Notes under the pieces: generated by a model | What the model saw: the letters and a program-made list of their open reading frames with translations, nothing else | The model's database searches: none | What the model was told of the DNA's origin: nothing | Made by a program: the position numbers and the translations under genes | Part shown: positions 38,101-50,094 of the stretch, in pieces | Layout of the letters: each line of letters opens with the position of its first letter | Position numbering within the stretch: the stretch's first letter is position 1 | Origin: a virus | Lineage: Duplodnaviria > Caudoviricetes | Strand: one strand, 5' to 3' | Virus record (IMG/VR): IMGVR_UViG_3300025133_000103 | Location: 1-62,033 of that record | DNA: 62,033 nt

Positions 38101-41100
38101 AATGGAGTCTAGAGATTTAGGCCCATCCAAAGCCTACCCCGATCTTATTGATAAAGAGGTTCGGTATGTAGAGAAGCAGTTTGATGATTCAGGAGGGGCG
38201 AAGAAGGTTCCTGTGTCTAAAGTGTTTAAAGACTATTGGCACTTTAGAAACTGGTGGCTGCAAGAAACGGATAACGGGCGTAGCTCAGATACAGTAGAGG
38301 GGTTTGAGTATACTCGCTCCGACGGAACGATACGGAACATCAATCCTCCAAGACCTAAAGTAGATCCAAAGACAGGCCGTCCAGTCTCCTCTACCTCGCA
38401 AGGGATAAATCCTGCTCGGCTTCCAGAAGATACGCCTTTTGAAGTGTATTACTGGAAGGCAGGGAGAGATGGGATTTCTAGAATTCGTTCTATGAACTTT
38501 AACGGTAAGTGGCACTTTATTAACTGGTGGGTACAGGCCACGCGCAAAGGAGAAAGCGAAACCTTCTCTAACTTTAAGTTGCTAGAGTCTACCAATCCAC
38601 TAAAAACCACATCTATAAACACCGACTCTTTAAAGAGCTGGAAAGGGCTTGAATGGAAGCCTAAAAAATTAGTAAAAGATACGCCTCGGTCTAGGGGGTT
38701 AAGAGAACAGATTAACGCCCACAAAGAGTTTGGCGGATCGACCTTTACTTTGGATGGTAAAAACCAGACAGGACAGCCTGTTAGCTCTGTATCTATCTTT
38801 CCTGAAAGGTCCGAAACAATCAAGGGTCCTGGTTTATGGGTAGGTGCTCTTGAGCGACATGCCGAAGCCAACGCCGATATATTAGAAGGTAACGAGGATG
38901 TTCTTGCTGTAGGTACGTGGTTTGATAGCGAGAGCAACCAGACCTACCTGGATATTGTTGCTGTTGTATCTCACGAGCAGGCTGCAACTTTAGGCAGGCA
39001 ATACAATCAAAAGGCTGTCTTCAACCTCGAAACGATGGAGGAGGTAGACACAGGGGGTACAGGGGAGGCCGTGGAAGGGCTGAAACCTGAAGCCGAGCGA
39101 GTAAATGATATAAGGGCTTTAAGCGATGCAGATACCGATCTAGATGACGTTGCGTCTTCTGATGCAGAAGAAGTCTTTGAGTCTGTCGTGTTAGGGAAAG
39201 CCTCTAAAAGCTTCTTTAAGCGCCTGGTCAAAGCTGCAACAGAGACAGGCAAGAAATTAATTGCCTTTACAGCTTTCTATGACCCAACAAATATAAAAGG
39301 TTCATCAGGGATTCATTGGGATTGGGACCCCGCCAGCGGGGCTTATGGGATCTACTCTTTTTCTAAAAAGGACAGCGCAAAAGAGGTTAAAGATAAGATG
39401 GAAGCCAAAGCTAGCGCTAACCATAACAAACCAACAAAAGATGCAATAGTAAAAGGGTTTTTTCTAATTAATACTGGTTTAATGGGTAGGTCTTCGGCTT
39501 ACTCGAATAGAGAAATTGTAGCGGATGTTATTGCCGAAATAGAAGAAATACTAAAAGGCAAAACAGATTTTCAAGCGAAGACCATTATTAAAGGCTGGCT
39601 TAAAGATATATTTAAGAGCGGGTCTGATAATCAGAAGGATCTTATACGAGGGGTTTTTGCAGAGTTAAATGATAAATTTGAAGATAAAGTTGGTTTTGGT
39701 ACCGAAACTCTGCTTGATGCGGAAAAAACTCATCAAATACCAATAACAAAAGAAGCTTTAATCGAATGGCTTACTGCCTTTAATAAATTAGAGCCAACTG
39801 AATATGGTATTAGAAGAAAAAATAAATTTGTAAGACATAACCTATTTGGAGGAGGATCAGACGTTTCGGTAAAGGGGATTTTACCTAGATTGGGTTATAA
39901 GGTGTCCAGCGATGCGTTTTTGGAGACCCAACGAGTTGGTGATAAAATAAATCCATTCAAGGAAGGAGATTCTAATTCGCTTAAGTTGATGAAGCGTGTT
40001 CCATACACGTTAAAAGCCACTACGAGCATAATGGGGGGATTGCAGTGGGAGTTGCAGGGCTTTGAGATTACCAAAAAAGAGGGGGATAGTCAGTTCCCTT
40101 GGAGTATATCTTTAAAAGAAGGTTATAGAGAAGGGGTAGAGCTTCATGAGCCAAGCGAAAAGATTGAGCTTGACGATATCTTTGCAGAAGAAGCTGACGA
40201 AAAAGCAAAATCAGAAAAGGATCTAGCTAAAAAGAAAAAGACTTACGAAGCAAAGAAAAAATCACTGACAAAAAAGCGTATAGAAGAAATAGATGCGTTA
40301 GCGAAGCAGGCCACAGATCCACGAGCGCGGAAACAAACTAAAGGTGTGGCGGGAGCTATCGCAGCAGAAGAGGCAGGGGATTTAAAGGGGAAAGAAAAAG
40401 AATTTTATAAAGCCGCCGCCGCTTTTAAAGAAGCTAGCGCAGCAGAAGCTAAAAGAACAGAAAGGACAAGGGGGCAGCAAAATATTGGGAAAACAGGCGC
40501 AGCGGCTGATATGATCGCTGCCTCTAAAAAAGCTGAAGCTGAAGCTAAACGTAAAGCTAATCCAGAAGACACCACACGTCATTCCTTCGATCTTGACCTG
40601 TCAGGTACAGGCGATATAGTCAAGAAAGCAGCTAAAGCAGCAGGCAAAAAAGGTATAGCTATAAGCGTCCTCGAAGCGATGAAAGCTAAAGCTTCTAAAG
40701 TGGAGCAAGCGATTATCAACGATGTTATCGCGGCGGTAAATAAGGATGTACCAGAGAGCAGGTATGTCACCGAAGAACAGCTTGAAAAAGCTATCTCTCA
40801 ACGTATGCTGTCCCCTTTAGAGGATGAATCTACGTATGGAGACTATGGGATCGATAGGATAGGCAGAAGTAAAGACGCTGTTGATCCTTCTCTGACCCCT
40901 CTTGTAGGGGATACTGATCATTGGGGGGAGGCGTTTGTGGATCACACTAAAGAAAAAGCACACGCTCATATGAGAACTTCTGGCATGAAGAGCGACCCTC
41001 AGTCTTTGTATGTGCTTGAGATGCAGTCCGACGCGGTTCAAAAAAGCCCTAAAAAACGTAGTGAACCTAGAGTATTTATAGAAGACGAGGTAGAAGTATT

Positions 41101-44100
41101 TTTCGGTACTAACACGAAGAACGAAGCTTTTATAGAAGACATAGGTAGAAACCCTGATAAGTATATAAGCGAGGTAGATAATTTAAAACCTGATAATGAA
41201 GGTAACACCTCGGATACTGATGCTTACTGGCGGAATATAAGGAGACTGTTAGTGAGCTCTGGCGGACTAACTACAACCACCGCAGACAAAATGATAGAAT
41301 TGGCTTTGGCTGAAGATCCTACGTTCCCTGTAGACGGACTGAACCTTATGATTAAGCACTATGCTATGTCTGAGGGGGGTGCGCCGATAGACGTAACTAC
41401 TGAGCAGGCTAAAAAAATATTTGAAGATCGGTGGAGTTCGGCTTATGGATACGGACACATAATCGCAGATGCGGCTGAAGATCTAATGGAGATGTACAAA
41501 ACCCTTAAGGGGGAACCTCCACGCGTTTTTGGTGCCAGGCTGGAAGAGTATTATAAAGTAAAAGAATCTTTAAAGCCAAAACCAGAGGCAGAGAAGAAAG
41601 ATCTCCCCGTCAGAAAGTTATGGGAGAGACACGTTATTAATTCGGCTCTTCAAAGAGCACGGGAAAAAGGGAAGAAAAAGATTAAAATCCCTACAGGCAG
41701 AACCGCTACCGCGATCCAGAACTGGGCATATCCTTTTAAAGTAGAAGACACGAAGGATATGGTCTCGTACAAGAACCAGCTGTCAGCAGGTGTCTCTGTG
41801 ATTCATGACCGATACTCTAAAGCTGGAAGCACCATGCAGAAGATGGGGCTAAAAGGGGTTAAGCTTGTTAAAGACTCGCAGGGGTTTGAATGGCATGAAG
41901 CGTTAGTTCCAGCTGAGGGGGATGCGCCTGTGCTGTTTAGCATGGATCTTGATTTCGAGGGAACAGACACGAACCTACCGTTTGAGCCCAACAGACTTAA
42001 CTACTTCCAAGCGATGATGGCTCGTATGGATCAGCTGTTCGCTAACAAGTATGCTAATGTGATGCGCTTGCAAAAAGACATCCAAAAAGGTATCGGAAAG
42101 GCCGTAGAGCTGGGACAAGACTTTATCAACGCAGAGACGTTGCTTTATGGCAGAACAGCCAATGACCTAGAGAAGCTAGAAGAAAAAGTAAAGGAGATTT
42201 CTAAAGACATGAAGGCCAAGGGGTTAACGTCTGAGGAGGTGACGGAATACTTGATCGCTAGACACGCTAAAGAGCGTAACGCAGTGATTAAAAAGCGCAA
42301 CAAGAAAAAGGATGGTAGCGGACTATCTGACGCCGATGCCGACAGCTTCCTCAGTGGGCTCTCTGCTGACAAGAAAGCTAAGTTTGAAAGCCTAGCGAAG
42401 AAGATCGATGCTATACAAAAAGATACGCGGGATACTATGCGTAAGTATGGGTTGGAGTCAAACGAAAGGATCGATGCGTTTGAAGCTATGTTCGAGAACT
42501 ATGTTCCTTTAGGGGGTAAGGCTGTTGACGATATGAATGTGGAAACGACGTCATATCCAACAGGTGGCGCGGGGATTGCTGTATACGGGGACACAACAAA
42601 AAGAGCAAAGGGTCGTAAGAGCCTGGCTGTCAATGTATTGGCTCAGGTCATAGCACAGAACGCAGCGGTACATACAAAGGCTCGTAAGAATGAAGCACTA
42701 TCATCACTCTACAACCTGGTCAAAGCCAATCCCAATGAGCGTGTATGGTTAATTAAAGACGTAGTAACTGTAGATTCACAGAATGCTGTTGGGGTTCGGA
42801 TTGACGGAGAGCAGAAGTATATCGTGTTTAACGATCCTAGCTACGCTAAATCCCTAAGGAATATGGGGGTAGAAAAGCTCGACGTTATAAGCAAGATTAT
42901 TCGGGTTCCAGCCGCCTGGCTGAGGCGCTCCTTTACTACAGCGAACCCAGAATTTATCATCTCTAACTTTGCTCGTGATATTCAATCGGCTCTATTCAAC
43001 GGGTTAGCCGAAGCGGATATTCCAGGAGGACAGATTCAAGGGAGACATATAGCGGCTAACATAATCGCTGGAGTTAAGAGCACCCTACCAGCTCTTATCA
43101 AGGGTACGTTTGGGAAAGATATGGGCGCGGAGATGGAGGCTTATTTTGAAGAATTTAAAGAAGACGGGGGGCAAACGGGATGGGGGTTTGTAAAACCTCT
43201 AAATCAAATCGCTGCTGAAATCGAAGCCGAATCTACCGAACCAGGTAAAGTAAAGAAGGCTGTTCGTTGGATGGGAAAACATAGTATCGATGTTATCGAA
43301 AATGTTAACGACGCCTTTGAGAACTCTATAAGATTATCAGCTTATATCGAGTCTAGAAAAGCAGGGGTCTCAAGAGCTAAAGCAGCGGAGCTAGCCAAAA
43401 ATATTACAGTAAACTTCAACCGATCAGGAGAGCTGGGACCTGTAGCTAACGCTTGGTATCTCTTCTTCAATGCTTCGGTTCAGGGTACTGTACGTCTAGC
43501 GAGGTCTTTAGGTACTCTTAAGGATGTACGTAAGCCTGATGGGGAGTTAGAGGCTTGGCATAAGCGTCTTAACGCAGCGCAAAAGCTGGCTTTCGGCTTG
43601 TCGCTTACGAGCGGTATGCTTGCTGCTGTGAATATGGCTATGAGCGACGAAGACGAAGACGGGGTGCTGTTCTACAGCAAGATACCTGACTACGTTAAAG
43701 AGAGGAATCTTATCATTATGTATGATGGTAAGAACCATCTAAAGATACCGCTCCCTTACGGGTTTAACATATTCTCTAATTTTGGCACCGCTATGGCTGA
43801 GGTTGCGGCAGGAGAGCGCGAGATGACAGAGGCAACTATGTTTATGGCAAACTCCGCGTTTAGCTCGTTCTCCCCTATTAGCTTCGGGCAGTCGGAAACT
43901 ATGGCTAAGTATATAACGAAAGGGTTTACGCCTACCGTTCTCAAACCTTTTGTAGAAATATCCACTAACGAAACATATTTCGGCAGCTCTGTGTTCAGAG
44001 AGCAGTTTCCAGTAGGCGCCCCTAAGCCAGAGTCTGAGCTTGCTTTCCGCTCGCCAGAGATGATCCAGAAGATTTTTAGCTGGATGAACAAAGCTACAGG

Positions 44101-44605
44101 AGGTAGCGAACAAGTGCCTGGAGGCTTAGACTTCAATCCCGATAAATTCTGGTATGGACTTGAATACTATATCGGAGGGGCTGGACAGTTTGTGACCCGA
44201 TCCCTAGGCACAGGAAGGGATATGTTTGAGATGATGAAAGAGGGCAAGAAGGTTAAGATGTCTGCTAACGATTTCCCGTTCTTAAGAAAGGTGTACGGAG
44301 AGTCCTCAAAGTACTATGACTCAGACTCTTACACGGAAAACTCCAACCTTATCTCTCAGCTATATAAAGAGCGCAAGGAGTCAGACGACAAAAGATCCGA
44401 TAGGTATGCAGGCGTTACCAAGCTAGAGTCTAAGCGTAAATCAACAGAGAAGAAGCTTAAGGTGCTACGCAAGAAAAGGAAGGAGGCTAGAGATATAAAG
44501 AACTACGTAGAGAAGCAAAATAGAATACACGAGCTGTACGAAAAGGAGCGCAGCCTACTGATGGAGTTTAACAAAGCATTCGAGAAGTATTATGGAAAAA
44601 AATAA
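35109..44605 (+). CDS. giant polyvalent (likely virion-injected) protein with zincin HExxH and C-terminal LPD38-like domain; true start probably 35109 with a frameshift at 35138-35165
   Basis: RHEFLH motif, HMR...EMQSD motif, NPEFIISNFARD, AKNITVNFNRSG, and KIPLPYGF...LKPFVEISTNETYFGS (LPD38-like). The open frame runs from 35156. Confidence 0.75.
35138..35165 (+). repeat. 14-bp exact tandem duplication TGATATGTCTGGAA x2
   Basis: Directly visible; it breaks the frame starting at ATG 35109. Confidence 0.92.
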
Positions 44606-45032
44606 GAAGAAGATCAAAGACACTAAGCTTGGTATGTGGCTTAAAGAAAAAGCGCCCAATGTGCTGGGTATGGTTGGGGATTTACTCCCAGACAGCGGCG
44701 CCTTAGGCGTTGTAAAAAACCTATTGGACAAAGAGCCAGATGTTGATCCAGCGGAAGCTAAAGCCGTTATAGACGCTGAGGTTAGATTCCAAGAGAACGT
44801 AACAGAGCGCTGGAAAGCAGATATGAGTAGCGATGTTAAGCTAGCCAAATTGATACGCCCAGTGACCCTTATATGCCTTATGGCTATGTTCATGCTTACG
44901 ATGATAGCTGATAGCATAGACAGCTGGCCTTTCAACGTGAAGGACTCCTACGTAGATCTGTTGCAGATACTAATGCTGACAGCCTTTGGAGCTTACTTCG
45001 CTGGCCGAACTATAGAAAAGTCTAAGAAGTAA
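44592..45032 (+). CDS. holin (3TM-family-like)
   Basis: RWKADMSSD..LAKLIRP followed by two TM helices and GAYFAGRTIEK. Confidence 0.75.
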   Translation: MEKNKKKIKDTKLGMWLKEKAPNVLGMVGDLLPDSGALGVVKNLLDKEPDVDPAEAKAVIDAEVRFQENVTERWKADMSSDVKLAKLIRPVTLICLMAMFMLTMIADSIDSWPFNVKDSYVDLLQILMLTAFGAYFAGRTIEKSKK

Positions 45033-45063
45033 AGCTGGCAAACCCAGCACTGATTAAATCTTT

Positions 45064-47072
45064 TCATCGGACAGGGCATGCTCCTGAGTCGCAATCAGCG
45101 ATCTCTATATCGTCCATACTAAGCTGTTCTAGGCTGGTAATAGGAGTTACACTTGACTTCATGTCTAAGTAAGTGCCTTCGTCTATCTCTTCGAGAGGAG
45201 CCTGTTTAAACCCATGATCGTTATGTAAGAGAAAGGAAACAGACTTTACATTGAAGTAGTTGTTTTCTAACCACCCTTTAATGCTCTCTAGTTCTTCTTT
45301 TCGGTAATAGATAGTTACAGAGACAGCATTGTCGGACCACTCTGTCTGTAGCCTTTTACAGACCTCTAGCTGATCTATTGCCGTTAGATCCTGAGCAAAC
45401 GTGGTTCCAGAAGGGAACTTACAAGGGAAGCTGACGACGATTGTTGATTTGTCTTCTGTCCCATCAAAATTTAGCACATATTCCACAGGGTACCCATGCT
45501 CCCTGGAGGTAAGTGCCAAGCTACTATCAGCTGCCATTCGGATTCGTCTAATGTAATACTCGCTGTATCCAGGGTGTGCTCCTGGTGTAACACCAGCAAG
45601 TAGACTAAGCGTTCCAGAGGGTTTAACCGTTGTAAGTTTAATGGATGCTGGGTATCCCGCCAGTTGAGAATATTCTTTGTCATATGACCTAAGGTAGATA
45701 TAGCAATCGGTCAACCAGTTACGTTGCTCCTCGGTAGCCTGTAAGTATCCAGTAACGCCAATCCCCATACGCATATTTTTGTGTACGATGTCTTCGGTTT
45801 CCTTTACTTCGCACTTAATAGCGAGGCTGTGTTTGTTTATCCTGTAAAGGTAACGCGCAACTTTCTTTAGCTCTTCGTAGCTGTTTATGTTGGGTAGATA
45901 TATCTCGGCCAAGCAACACGTCTCATAGTTAGCTAAGGATTGCTCAGCACACGGATTAAAGCCCTGCACGTCTGGATCTGGATACTCTTCTTCTCCTGTC
46001 CGTCCCATACGACGTGAAGCGTCGAGGTTAATTAGCCCATATGGTTCACCGTTCCCGTTATACCCTTCCCAAAACTCATCGGGAAGCTGTGAAACGTCAG
46101 AACAAACTACGGAGTTGTTGGACATAGCTCTCCAATTAGGTATACCTCCTAAATCCCATCGTTTTGCTCGTAGGTACTCAACATCGTCGCAGTCTCCTAT
46201 AGCTATCTGAGCCGATCTACGGACGTTTCCTGCTACTACAATCTTTGCTATGATGTTCATTAAGTCTAAGCAGTCTATAGGTCTTAGGCGGCGACCTGAG
46301 TGCTTATTTAAAATAGCATTTACCTCGCCCATCCCCCACACTAAATCTTCTGGGCCTGAAGCTGTCCCTCCAAACCCCTTGATAGGGGATCCTTTAGATC
46401 GGATGAGGTGAGCAGCGTACGTAAAGCTTTTGCCTGTAACAAACGAAGCCTCTAGGGTCCTACGTAAAAGCTCCACCCATCCAACCCCTTGATAGGGGAT
46501 CCTTTAGATCGGATGAGGTGAGTAGCGTACGTAAAGCTCTTGCCTGTAACAAACGAAGCCTCTAGGGTCCTACGTAAAAGCTCCACCCATCCCTCACGGG
46601 TGTCTGGTACTATAAAATCCGCGTCGTTTACGTCCTTTCGAACCACATCTACTTTGCTTTTTACCTTCGGTAGTTGATATACGTTTTCGCGTTGGATATT
46701 GTAACCCACCCCGCTACCAAGCATAAGCATCTCGAAGGCCCAGGTAAAAGGGCGTATAGGATCGTCCACTACAACGAACGCGCAGTTCTGCAATGAAGGT
46801 AAGCCCAACCGATCAACGGTAGAGGTACCTAGCTGCCAAAGGAAGCGCCCTGCGACGGTTCCTTTTAGCTCCATCATAATCTTCTTTAACTCTCCTTCTT
46901 CGAATTGTGTAAACCCGCAATTAAGCTGCTCTCTACACGCATCAACCACGCGGTCAACGGTGTCTTCCCATTCTTCTGTTTTTCCGTTTTCATCTGTTCT
47001 CGAATAGGTACGCTTATAGACAGCATACCCCACCTCGCCCCAAGGGACAAGTGAAGGATCGTAAGTTTTCAT
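45064..47072 (-). CDS. nrdJ: class II (adenosylcobalamin-dependent) ribonucleotide reductase, frameshifted by a 110-bp duplication
   Basis: VYKRTYSR, AGRFLW..G, NCAF, GNVRRSA, FNPCAEQ, KPSGTLSLL and C-terminal CDSGACPVR. The two ORFs join if one duplicate copy is removed. Confidence 0.88.
46373..46592. repeat. 110-bp tandem duplication with 2 mismatches inside nrdJ
   Basis: 46373-46482 vs 46483-46592, differing at 46413/46523 and 46429/46539. Confidence 0.92.
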
Positions 47073-47109
47073 TGATTATTTTTTTTAAAAAAGCGAACTA
47101 CGAAGGTAG

Positions 47110-47610
47110 TCAATACTCCTTAAAGTAGTCCCACACTCTGTACGTTTTCAATCTCTTGAGGTCTAGTAATTTAAGCTTCGTGATGAGGTCTAGCCTGTCC
47201 TTTCTCTGGTATTTCTTAAGGTGTGCGTCGGCTTTATTCGTCACCATGACATCCTCTACGTTCTCTTCACAAAAAAGTCTTAAGTCTTCCCGATCCACAA
47301 CGCTAAAACCACCCTCTTCTGGCATATCGAAGGCTATGATTTTTGATCCCCCGTACATCCACCCAGGGTTCCCCCTTACATTTTTAAACTCACACCAAAT
47401 CTCATCGGGCAGGTTGTTTCCTTTCACGTCAACCCCCCATCTCCCTTCCTTCCCATCATAGGTCATCCAATAGTCAACGTGCAGATGCATATCATCTTTG
47501 CGGTTGGCTTTGGTTACTTGAAGGTTAAGGGCTGTAGCAGCACGAGCAAATCGTACTTCAGCTACCCTTCCTGTTGAACCCGAATAGGCTCTCCTGCTTT
47601 GGCTTATCAT
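47110..47610 (-). CDS. PD-(D/E)XK-like nuclease
   Basis: G..AE..F...D...HVD...GVDVKG motif. Likely start at 47610 (MISQ). Confidence 0.6.
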   Translation of the reverse strand: MISQSRRAYSGSTGRVAEVRFARAATALNLQVTKANRKDDMHLHVDYWMTYDGKEGRWGVDVKGNNLPDEIWCEFKNVRGNPGWMYGGSKIIAFDMPEEGGFSVVDREDLRLFCEENVEDVMVTNKADAHLKKYQRKDRLDLITKLKLLDLKRLKTYRVWDYFKEY

Positions 47611-47842
47611 TTGAGTTGGCTTCAAGGTGTTCATATGAAGCCTCCTTAATAAGGTCTAGCTCTAAATTTATCGAAATGCGGATCGCAGATATCATGTTAG
47701 CCACGTTACCTGGGTCCGTCCTCGGATCTCCTTTGATGTCGAACAGGTCCTCATAGAACTCTGTTACTATATCATGCAGCCGTACTGTCGCCACGCGATA
47801 CGTGGTTCCTAGCTGCTCTTTTGTTAACTCCTTTTCTACCAT
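47558..47842 (-). CDS. hypothetical protein
   Basis: 94-aa ORF in the replication operon. Confidence 0.6.
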   Translation of the reverse strand: MVEKELTKEQLGTTYRVATVRLHDIVTEFYEDLFDIKGDPRTDPGNVANMISAIRISINLELDLIKEASYEHLEANSNDKPKQESLFGFNRKGS

Positions 47843-48290
47843 ATCCTAGTTGTTTAATTTTTTCAATTGCTTGTTCAATCTGACTTTTATTTTTACAGAT
47901 GAATAAAGCTGGGACTGGTTCTCCTGAGTCTATCAAGTGTTTAAGGAACAGCTTCCACCTCATCGGGAAATCATGATGAGAAGGAACGTACCCTTTGGTT
48001 TCGATAATCCACACCGCGTCTGGTCCTACGAAGTCTGGAGTATATTTTATAGGAAGTACAACGGCGTTTGTTCTGTCTGTTAGCTCTTTCTTCTTGGCTG
48101 TTGACTTAAGATACGTGCCAGGGTATCTAAATTTATCTACGAGCATATACTGATGTGTCTCGTAGGTAAAACTTATGCCTGACTCAGCTAGAAGATCGGC
48201 GCAGGTTTTCTCTAATCCGCTTTTGTACTTACCTAAATTTCTTTTTTTGGATGATTTCTTTTTGGGGGTTCCTTTTGTCTTTCGCTTCAC
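47772..48290 (-). CDS. T7 endonuclease I-like Holliday junction resolvase
   Basis: YKSGLE...FTYE...YTPDF...IIETKG signature. Confidence 0.85.
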   Translation of the reverse strand: MKRKTKGTPKKKSSKKRNLGKYKSGLEKTCADLLAESGISFTYETHQYMLVDKFRYPGTYLKSTAKKKELTDRTNAVVLPIKYTPDFVGPDAVWIIETKGYVPSHHDFPMRWKLFLKHLIDSGEPVPALFICKNKSQIEQAIEKIKQLGYGRKGVNKRAARNHVSRGDSTAA

Positions 48291-48306
48291 ATAGCGAAGC
48301 TACGGT

Positions 48307-50094
48307 TTAATTGGGATTAAAAACATTATAGTTATCAAATTGCGACCCAATAGATTGAAACAATTCCTTTTGAGTATGGTTCAATCTAAAAGCTGTTCTT
48401 GATGTGTTGATTGTAAAGCGAATAGGCTCGTCCAGTGAGGTCGGCTCACCGCCCGTCTCTACGTCACGAACCTTACGCATGTGCCATTCTGTTACTTTAC
48501 GTTCGTTGAAGTCAGGATGCTGGACTTTTCTATGTACTGTAATAAAACAGTCTGATCGGTTTACGAATTTACCACCACCCTCCGTATCCTCGGCGTAAGG
48601 GGCTATAGGTAACCCATCGTCTCCTTTGCGTCTCTGCGCCTCTGTTACGGCATGCATGTTAAGCCAAACAGCTACATTGTGTGCAGTAGAAAACGTAAGG
48701 AACTCAGACGCGGCTTCGTAGTGGTAGTCGTGTACCCCTATACCGCTGTTCTTCATGTCCAGCTTTAGGCTATTGTATGGGTCTACAAAGACAGCATCAA
48801 CAGGCTGCTGCTTTAGGATCTTTTCGAGGAACACGATGATATCGGCGTAGCTGTATACCTGCTTGTTACTGATGACTGTAAAGTGCTCATTCACCCACCT
48901 GTACGCTTCTTTACGTTGATCATATGTCATGGCGTCAATCGGGCGATTAACCGCGAATTGCATAAGGGTCATCTTCAACGAGGCTGTTCGGTTCTCGGAT
49001 GAGTATACCACCCACTTCCACTTGTGGCGTATAGCGGAGTTAACCATCATATATAGAGCCATAGTGGTCTTACCTACATTAGAATGCCCATTGATGATAG
49101 TGAATTCTTTTTTATAGCGGAAGTACTTGTCCAGCGTTTCGTCTCCAGTATCTAGCCCCACCTCGATGCGGCCATTAGCGTAATCGTCTATCCATCGGAA
49201 GTCTTCATCGTCGGACGAAATGAACGACATGTCTCCATCGTTGATTAGAAGCTCTCTCTTGGCCTCTTTCTCGTCTGCCAGGGTGGCCCTTATAGGGTCC
49301 TGCTTGCCCTTCTCTATGCCCTCTCTTATGGTCTTATATGCGTGATCCTCAGAATCTATGTCTCTTTTCTTAATCTCCCGCATCAGTACACGGACAGCCT
49401 CGTCATCCTCGATTCTTCCTGCCGCTATATACCCGCCTACAAGTCGAGCCGCCTTAAGAAGGACGGCGTGTTTCTCTCCGTCATCACACTGGCGGATCAT
49501 TCGGGAGGCTAGATTTAGCTTTAAGTAATCGGTGTAACTCCCTGATTTAGAAACAGCTACCTGTGATTCGCCCTGCTCTGTAGCAAAAGCCCCAAAGCTA
49601 GCCGCTTCTTCATTTAGAGAGAGCTCAGGGTCATACGATTCAAAGCATGCGCGGGACTCGTTGATGCCCGACTCATCTACTTCTAGTCCGTACTGCTTAT
49701 GGAAGTACGTTCGAAGAGCGCGGAAGTGATCCCGATGGCGCTCAGGGTTTGTTATGTGTACTAGAGCCTTGAGCCCGTCACCAGACGGTGAAACCCAGCA
49801 GCTATAGACATAAGGATCCGAACCGAGCAGCTTCTTGGATGAACCAACATCGATGTGATCGAAATCCAAAACAACGTATCCGCTATGACTAATACACGCT
49901 TCGTCAGCCCTGGTGCTAAATTCTCCGCTAAAGAGGACAACGGGGAGCTTCTTCTTCTTTTCTTTATTGCCATCACGTACAAGCTTAATCGTTGGCGCAG
50001 AAGTCCCCTGCTGGATTCTCTTTAAGGCTGTCGCCATGTTTATGTGATGGGGCTTGTCCTTCTGGAACACGTCCTTGAATATCGTTACTTTCAT
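48307..50094 (-). CDS. primase-helicase (BT4734/VirE-N-like PrimPol fused to DnaB-like helicase)
   Basis: KKKLP..LFSG...VLDFDH...WVSPSGDGLK...RACFESYDP, followed by GHSNVGKT, VFVDPYN and GGGKF..RSD. Confidence 0.85.
   Translation of the reverse strand: MKVTIFKDVFQKDKPHHINMATALKRIQQGTSAPTIKLVRDGNKEKKKKLPVVLFSGEFSTRADEACISHSGYVVLDFDHIDVGSSKKLLGSDPYVYSCWVSPSGDGLKALVHITNPERHRDHFRALRTYFHKQYGLEVDESGINESRACFESYDPELSLNEEAASFGAFATEQGESQVAVSKSGSYTDYLKLNLASRMIRQCDDGEKHAVLLKAARLVGGYIAAGRIEDDEAVRVLMREIKKRDIDSEDHAYKTIREGIEKGKQDPIRATLADEKEAKRELLINDGDMSFISSDDEDFRWIDDYANGRIEVGLDTGDETLDKYFRYKKEFTIINGHSNVGKTTMALYMMVNSAIRHKWKWVVYSSENRTASLKMTLMQFAVNRPIDAMTYDQRKEAYRWVNEHFTVISNKQVYSYADIIVFLEKILKQQPVDAVFVDPYNSLKLDMKNSGIGVHDYHYEAASEFLTFSTAHNVAVWLNMHAVTEAQRRKGDDGLPIAPYAEDTEGGGKFVNRSDCFITVHRKVQHPDFNERKVTEWHMRKVRDVETGGEPTSLDEPIRFTINTSRTAFRLNHTQKELFQSIGSQFDNYNVFNPN

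Noticed and set aside
35156-44605. crAss-type virion RNA polymerase
   Set aside because: No DFDID/DxDGD catalytic motif seen; the motifs fit a polyvalent LPD38-type protein instead.
2669-44935. Many short antisense or alternate-frame ORFs inside long + strand genes
   Set aside because: Shadow ORFs of well-supported genes with no recognisable motifs.
46373-46592. DGR template/variable repeat pair or intron in nrdJ
   Set aside because: The copies are directly adjacent, no reverse transcriptase is in the window, and there is no intervening non-coding sequence.
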